Shown one piece after another: positions 56,915-64,000 of a stretch of DNA of 64,000 nucleotides. Position 1 is the first letter of the stretch. Each line of letters opens with the position of its first letter. The notes beneath the pieces are model-generated. The model had not been told where the DNA came from. It did no database searches and saw only the letters and a list, made by a program, of their open reading frames with translations. Position numbers and translations under genes: made by a program. Source of the stretch: the human T2T-CHM13v2.0 reference genome, Homo sapiens; NCBI RefSeq assembly GCF_009914755.1, contig NC_060927.1. One strand, given 5' to 3'.

Positions 56915-59900
56915 TCAATATCATCATCATTTAGCCCAGAGCAGGTGAGGGTGTATTATCTGGGACTCACCACCCCAAACCTCTACAGCAAATAGCGGGT
57001 GTGAATCAGGCTGAACATGTGGGCTGACAGCCACGGGCTCTCTCACTGAGGCCAGGACATTTCTGTGAAGATGGGGGCAGACAGCCCGTCCTGGGAGCCT
57101 ACTCTCAAGTGGATAGGCCCAAAGGCCATTCTTGAGCACACAGAAGTCAGGGGAGATGTACAGCAAGCCCCTCCTCTCATGTAACAGCTGAGCCCCTTCC
57201 CCCCAAAGCTGCCATCTCACGACCCTCACTCTCCCACCCCCATCAGAGCGGCAGAGGAATGGACAGAGTGTGTCTTGGGGTCGAAGACTTAGCAACCAGA
57301 GCCTTGGTTTCCCTATTCATGAGATGAAGGAACAGCTCTTGGGATGGCCCCCTGGGGATTAGGGAGCCTGTGTTTAGAAAACAGAATGCCTGTCACATCG
57401 ATCATCCAAGACATGGTCACCCCATTCAGCCTCTGTGTCACACCTGAGCAAGGTCAGGGTTGTGCAGTTCAGTGTAGGAGACTGTGGGGCAGCCGGGGCT
57501 CGTCCCAGGCCTTGATTTACCCACATTCCCTGTGCATATGGAAAGATCTGAGATGGAATCTGGGGTTTTGCCCAAGAAGGGGGAAATCCTGAATTCAGGC
57601 CCAGCTGGAAGGTGGGGTTTCCCCAGGACAGCAGACTCTGCCCCTGGGCCTCTGTGAAATGAAGCCCTGCCCAGCACACACATGCACAGAGCTTACAACC
57701 CAAGGTTAATGCCTGCATCCTGGGAGCTCAGAAAGTGAGCCCAGGACACACGCTCCTAACAGAGGAACAGGCACCAAGGCTGCTATCCCAGAGAGGCCAC
57801 AAGAGAGGGACAGCCTGGGAACCAGTACAGGGCTAGAGAGAGGAGGAGGCCATGGCAATGCTGGTTGAGAAAGCACCTCCTGTACTGAAGGATAGAGTGG
57901 CTTCCCATCACCTCTCCAGGACACAGAATGAGCCAGAAACCCCGCTCTGGGGCTCCCAGCAAGACAGCGCTTCTGAACAACATCCCTGCAGGAAACTCTG
58001 CCTCCTCGAATTGCTTGACCCTCCTGGTTTCCAATCTCCCTCCAACACCACATGCATTTCCCGGGCTCTGTCTGGCACTGTGCTCCTCAGGAGCCACAGG
58101 AGAGGCCCAGTCACGTGGAAAGAGCACACTTTGGCTTCGCCGTGGCCTAGGTTCAAATCCTGCCTCTACCTCTATATAGTTGTGAGATGTTAGGCAAGTT
58201 TCTTAACCTCTCTGAGGTCTTTTCCTCGTGTGTAAACCGGGGCTCATCGCTCCTTCAGAGGCCTTTATGAGGACTTCGGTGAGAGACTGGCCTGTAGTAA
58301 GTCCTCATACATGGTAGTTGTTATTTGAGAATACGAAGCAGATCCCATCAGAATCCCTGGGGCTGAAGGCTTTCACCCACCCCTAAGGCTTCTTATGCCT
58401 TCTCCCCCATGTTCTCCCAATCCCTACCATCATTTTCCTCTGTGCCCCTGGAGGAGGCCACAGCACCAAACCAGGCCAAGATTCATCCTAGGTTAAGAAG
58501 ATTTCCCCAGCAGGTGACCAGGGCAAAGCCATAGGCATGGCCCCTCCGTCCCTACCCCACCTAGGCCCCAGGTCTGTATGGAGCCATCCTCCCCGGTCCT
58601 ACCCTTTCAAGGAGAGGCATTCCTGAAGTAGAAACCGCTGCAGACAGTTAGCCCAGTGTGACAATCTCTGAACAATCCTTCCTCCCAGCAGGACTGGGCT
58701 GTGAAGTGTAATTAAAGCCACAGGTTAATTAGGTGTGCAGCCATCTTGCCAAGAGGAGCACCTCACCTCCTCTCATCATGCATCCAGAGGTTCAGGGCTG
58801 CAGGAGGCAAGAAGGGGATCCACACTACCTTCCCCCCTCCTCTTCCTCCTTCATCCTTCCACCCCAGTCCTAGAGCTCTCCAGCCAGGCCACACCAGAAT
58901 TGCCTTCCATCAGCTGTAGTCTAACTGATGACATCATTTCTTCTACAGATGGATGGAGGGAGTGGAGAGAACAGACCTGGTTGTGATTAGGACTTCATGG
59001 AAGGTGCCTGGAGAGGTGTCCTTAGAGACAGACAGAGCCTTGAGTTGCCTCCCGCCTCCAACCCAACCATGAGGAGGAGACAGTGTAAGGACTGTTTTCA
59101 GTGCAGGGTCCTGCATAATGGAGCCAGGGATGGAGCCAATGCAATGGATGAAGGAAAAGCGGGAATGAAAAGAACACACCGGTCAGACACAGGAGAGAGT
59201 TGGGAGGCACTGGCTCAAATGGCTAGGAAGCCTGGGATTGGCTTACTAGTTATCTCATACCTTCCTATCTCAGCCTGGCTCAGTCATGCCATCTGTAAAA
59301 TGGGGGTGCTGTGAGGAATTTCATGAGCTAAAACACATGCAGCTTTTAAAACAGGCTGCTACAGTGTAAGCTCTCAGGAAACCAGGAAATCCTCACAACA
59401 CCCGCCCGCTTCTGCAAACTGCTGAGTCCTGGGCTCCAGCTCGCTAGTCCACTCTGCAAAAGGACCGGTTCACTTGGTACCTTGAGGTCCCAGGTACTTT
59501 TCCAGGTGACCTGCTATACAGAAAGGAACTTGTGTCATTCAATTCCCATGACAACCTTCTGAAGTAGGTATGATGGCCATTTTACATATGAGGAAACTGA
59601 GCCTTGGAGAGGAGAAATAATTTGCCCAAAGGCCACTCTAACAGTAAATGGCAAAGCAGGTGTTGAGACCCAGTCTGTGTGGCTCCCGGCTTTTCCTCCC
59701 ACTCCAAGCTGGCTTCCAAGCCCCACTCCTCAGCAGAGTGTCTGAGGCCCTCACATCTAGCTCTCTTCCCTGCTCCCAATCTAGCCAGATTCACGCATTC
59801 CCATCCAGCCTCTGGAAGCACACACCCCATCTTCACTTATGTGCTTTCCCCACGGAGTCAAAGAGCCAGAATAGAAAGGAGAGAGGGAAAGGCTTCAGGG

Positions 59901-60329
59901 AAGAGGGGAGCTGGAGGGTAAAGGATGCTGACGGGGAACAAGGCTGCTGCTCATCGATCTGGGAGGCTTCTCTGGCTCATCCTACAGCTGTCTCCAGCTT
60001 GGCTTCTGTCTTCCCCATTCCACAGGAAGGAAACGGTGAGAGGAGCTTTGGGCACAGGAGGGCCAAGCCGGAGGCTGGTGAGAGGCCTACAGAAGCTCCA
60101 GCTGCTCTGAATGTGTTCAAGCCACTTGGCCGGGACACACATCTAGGGAACAGGGAACATGCAAATGAGGCTCAGAACAGCTGTAGATTCCTGATCTCAT
60201 GGGAATCCTGACAGGATCCTGGCAAGCACTAGGGCGGCTGGGAGGCCTCCAGTGGGCCACACAGTCCTCACTACCAGAAAGGGGTCTGAGGTGGGTTTTG
60301 CAAACCACAGAGATGAACTCAATGTGCCT

Positions 60330-61880
60330 CCTGCAGAGACTCTAAACGAAGGCTAGTGGGCATTTGAGAAGGGCAGCTGAGATCACCAGTAGACAGCGTG
60401 TGTTTGGTAGCAAAGTCCTGTCAGGCAAAGCGCATCTCCTCCACTGACAGGAGATGTTGGTAGACAAGGGAAATGGGGTTTGCCCATCAAGCAGATCTTA
60501 AATGAAACATCCGACAAGCTCTTCATGAAATCATTGTGTATAAGCTAGAAAGAGGAAGCTGGAAGGCAGTAGCATTAGTGGGACATATAGCTGGTTGCAC
60601 AGTTGTACCCCAAGGGGGCTTAGCAATGGATCCTGGCCGCCTGCAGGGAAGTGTCCAGGGGCCATGCTGCAGAGCTCCAACCCACACCACCCCATTCAAC
60701 CTCTTAGCAAATCCTTGGATCAATATACAAGAAGCACTTGAAGCTGAGAGCAATAGCACATACGTTGGCTGACAGAGGCAGGATCCGAAATATCTTCATC
60801 AGCTGGAAAGGTTTTTTCAAGATAAAATAAATTAGGGAAAAATGTAGTCTCGAAACAGGAGGTCAAAAAGCTGCAGCACTGTTGTAGGATGAACCGTGTC
60901 CCCCCACAAAGCTCACAGGTTGAAGTTTTAACCCCCTGTATGTCAGATTATTGCCTTATTTGGAAATAGGATTGTTGCAGATGTAGTTAGATGAAGTCAC
61001 ACTGGAGGGTGGGCCCCAACCCAATATGACTGGTGTCCTTATAAAAAGGAAAAATTTGGTGACACACACGCACACAGGGAGAACATGTTGCAAAGATGAA
61101 GGCAGAAATTATATTGATGCTTCTATAAAACAAGAAACACCAAAGAATGCCAGCAAACCACCGGAAGCCAGGAGGGAAGCACGGAGCAGATCTTCTGTCA
61201 TATCCCTCAGAAGGAGCTCTGCCCACACCTTGATCTCAGACTTCTGGCCTCCAGGACTGGAAGACAATAAGTTTCTGTTGTTAAGCCCCTCAGTGTGGGG
61301 TGTTTTGTTACAGCTGCCCTAGAAAACTAATACAAACACAAAGGTAAAATTGGGAAGATGTGGCTGAGTGCGTTATGTTAAAGAGACCCTGGGGTGCTGG
61401 TTGGCTGTAAGCTCAGTCGAAATCAGCAGTGCTGTGTGGCTGCTAAAGACAGCCAGATCAGAGTTGAGGCTATGTTAACAGGAGATGCACTAGCTAAGCA
61501 TACGGGTATGCTGGTCAGGCCTCACCTGGAGGGCCATCTTTGGTCCTGGAGACCTCAACTGTAGAGAAGTGGGAGATCTTCAGAGTCCTATGCCCAGAGA
61601 TGAAGAGACAAGCCAGAGGAGGACTGCTGAACTGGGGAAGAGGTGGCAGGCTCATCAACTTCCAATGTTTGAAGAACTGTGGCATGGAAGAGGGATGAAC
61701 ACCCAGCCACAGCGAGAAGAGATGGAACCCACAGGGAGAGAAACAGACTTCAGAGAAATAAAATAATTATATTAGGCATTGTCACCCAAAACATCAAATG
61801 GGCCGTCTCATGGGCACCTGAGCTCTCTGTCTCTGAGAAACTCAAGACTCCACCTGCTGACCACTCAGTAGAGACTTGTG
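60330..61880 (+). mobile_element. L3/CR1 LINE ORF2 remnant split by an MLT1 LTR
   Basis: CR1-like CTGGGGTGCTGGTTGG...AAGCTCAG...CAGCAGTGCTGTGTGGCTGCTAAA and TGGTCAGGCCTCACCTGGAG. Confidence 0.65.
60880..61334 (+). mobile_element. MLT1B/C solo LTR
   Basis: TGTTGTAGGATGAACCGTGTCCCC...GAAAACTAATACA; near-TSD AGCAC/AACAC. Confidence 0.9.
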
Positions 61881-62654
61881 CCAAAGACTCAGGCAACCTG
61901 CAGCTCCAAAGAGGGTCCACTCACATTCCCAGCCTGGCTTGACACCAGCAACTTGAGATTCTTACCTATTTAAAGTTAGAGGCCACCATGCGATGTCTGG
62001 GCCTCAAGACTGTTCATCTATGGCTTCGGCAGATTAAACTGTGTGCTGACACAGGGACTCATAGGCCTCAGAAGATCAGGTTTGGTGAGACCCAGGTCCA
62101 CTGGAGGGAAGAACCTGCTCATGCTCACAGAATAGGGTCCCAGGAGGATGAGGGGTGGGAAGGAAAGCTGCCCTGACTCTCCACTGTCCAGGGAGTGAGG
62201 GAGCTGGCAGCCCAAGCCTTAATTGATCCCTAACTTGAGGGAGCCCCACATTGGTGTGTGCTGTGAGGGGACACAGAGGAACCTACACCCAGACCTCTCT
62301 TTGAGGGGCTCAGGGAAAACTCACTGGGAAGACAGTATTCTGTAGGAAAGGCAACTGTGATGTCGGTAAGAAGATGCAGTGATCCCTAAGTATACCTGGG
62401 GGACCAGTCCCAGGACCTCCTGCAAATTCTCAAATGCACAAATGTTCAAGTTCCTTATATAAAATGGTGTAGTGTTTGCCTATAACCTACACACATCCTC
62501 CTGTATACTTTAAATCATCACTTAATTACTTGTAACACCTAATACAACGTAAGTACTACGTAAATAGTTGTTATACTGTGTTGTTTAGGGAATAATTACA
62601 AGAAAAAAGTCTCTGTACATGTTTAGCATAGATACATTTAAAAATTTAATTTAA

Positions 62655-62957
<303 letters not shown>

Positions 62958-62966
62958 TCAGGTGCA

Positions 62967-63264
<298 letters not shown>

Positions 63265-63628
63265 AGATGCATTTTTTAAAAATATTTTCAATCCAAGTTT
63301 GGTTGAATCCTCACATGGATTCCACAGATACAGAGGGCTGACTGTACTTTCTAGGATTATTAAGTAATGAGCTCATTTAATCTTCCTTTAAACACAGCCC
63401 TACCTCATCTTACAGTTAAAAAAAAAAAGAAAAGAATGCTCAGAAAGGGAAAGGAACTTATACAAAACTCACAACCAAAAAGCAGCCACGCTGTGTTTGA
63501 AGCCAAGTCTGTCTCATTTTCAAACCCATACTCATTCCAAGGTTCTCTAGTGCTTCCCTAGTAAAGGGTTGCAGGTTGTGAGTTTCAAATAAGCACCACA
63601 AGCATCCAGCAACAGAAAGAATGACCTA

Positions 63629-64000
<372 letters not shown>

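Overview
Human intronic DNA, dense in Alu, MIR, L2, MaLR and MER repeats. It covers the 5' part of SEMA5B (semaphorin-5B) on the minus strand, recognised from recall of the protein N-terminus MPCGFSPSPVAHHLVPGPPDTPAQQLRCGWTVGGWLLSLVRG. The window holds a 162-nt exon (7221-7382) with canonical splice sites and the canonical ATG at 7344. It also holds an upstream alternative coding exon (22078-22201) that splices in frame to add a 54-aa N-terminal extension and appears to be an antisense-exonised L2 element. Several candidate non-coding alternative first exons are present. The rest is intron, and almost all ORFs in the supplied track are spurious. I found no evidence of a wholly new biological system. 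The notable observations are the TE-derived N-terminus with its uORF context, atypical Alu insertions, small local duplications, a hAT transposase fossil, a TG/CA fold-back and homeobox-motif clusters. Repeat subfamily names and boundaries were judged by eye and are approximate.
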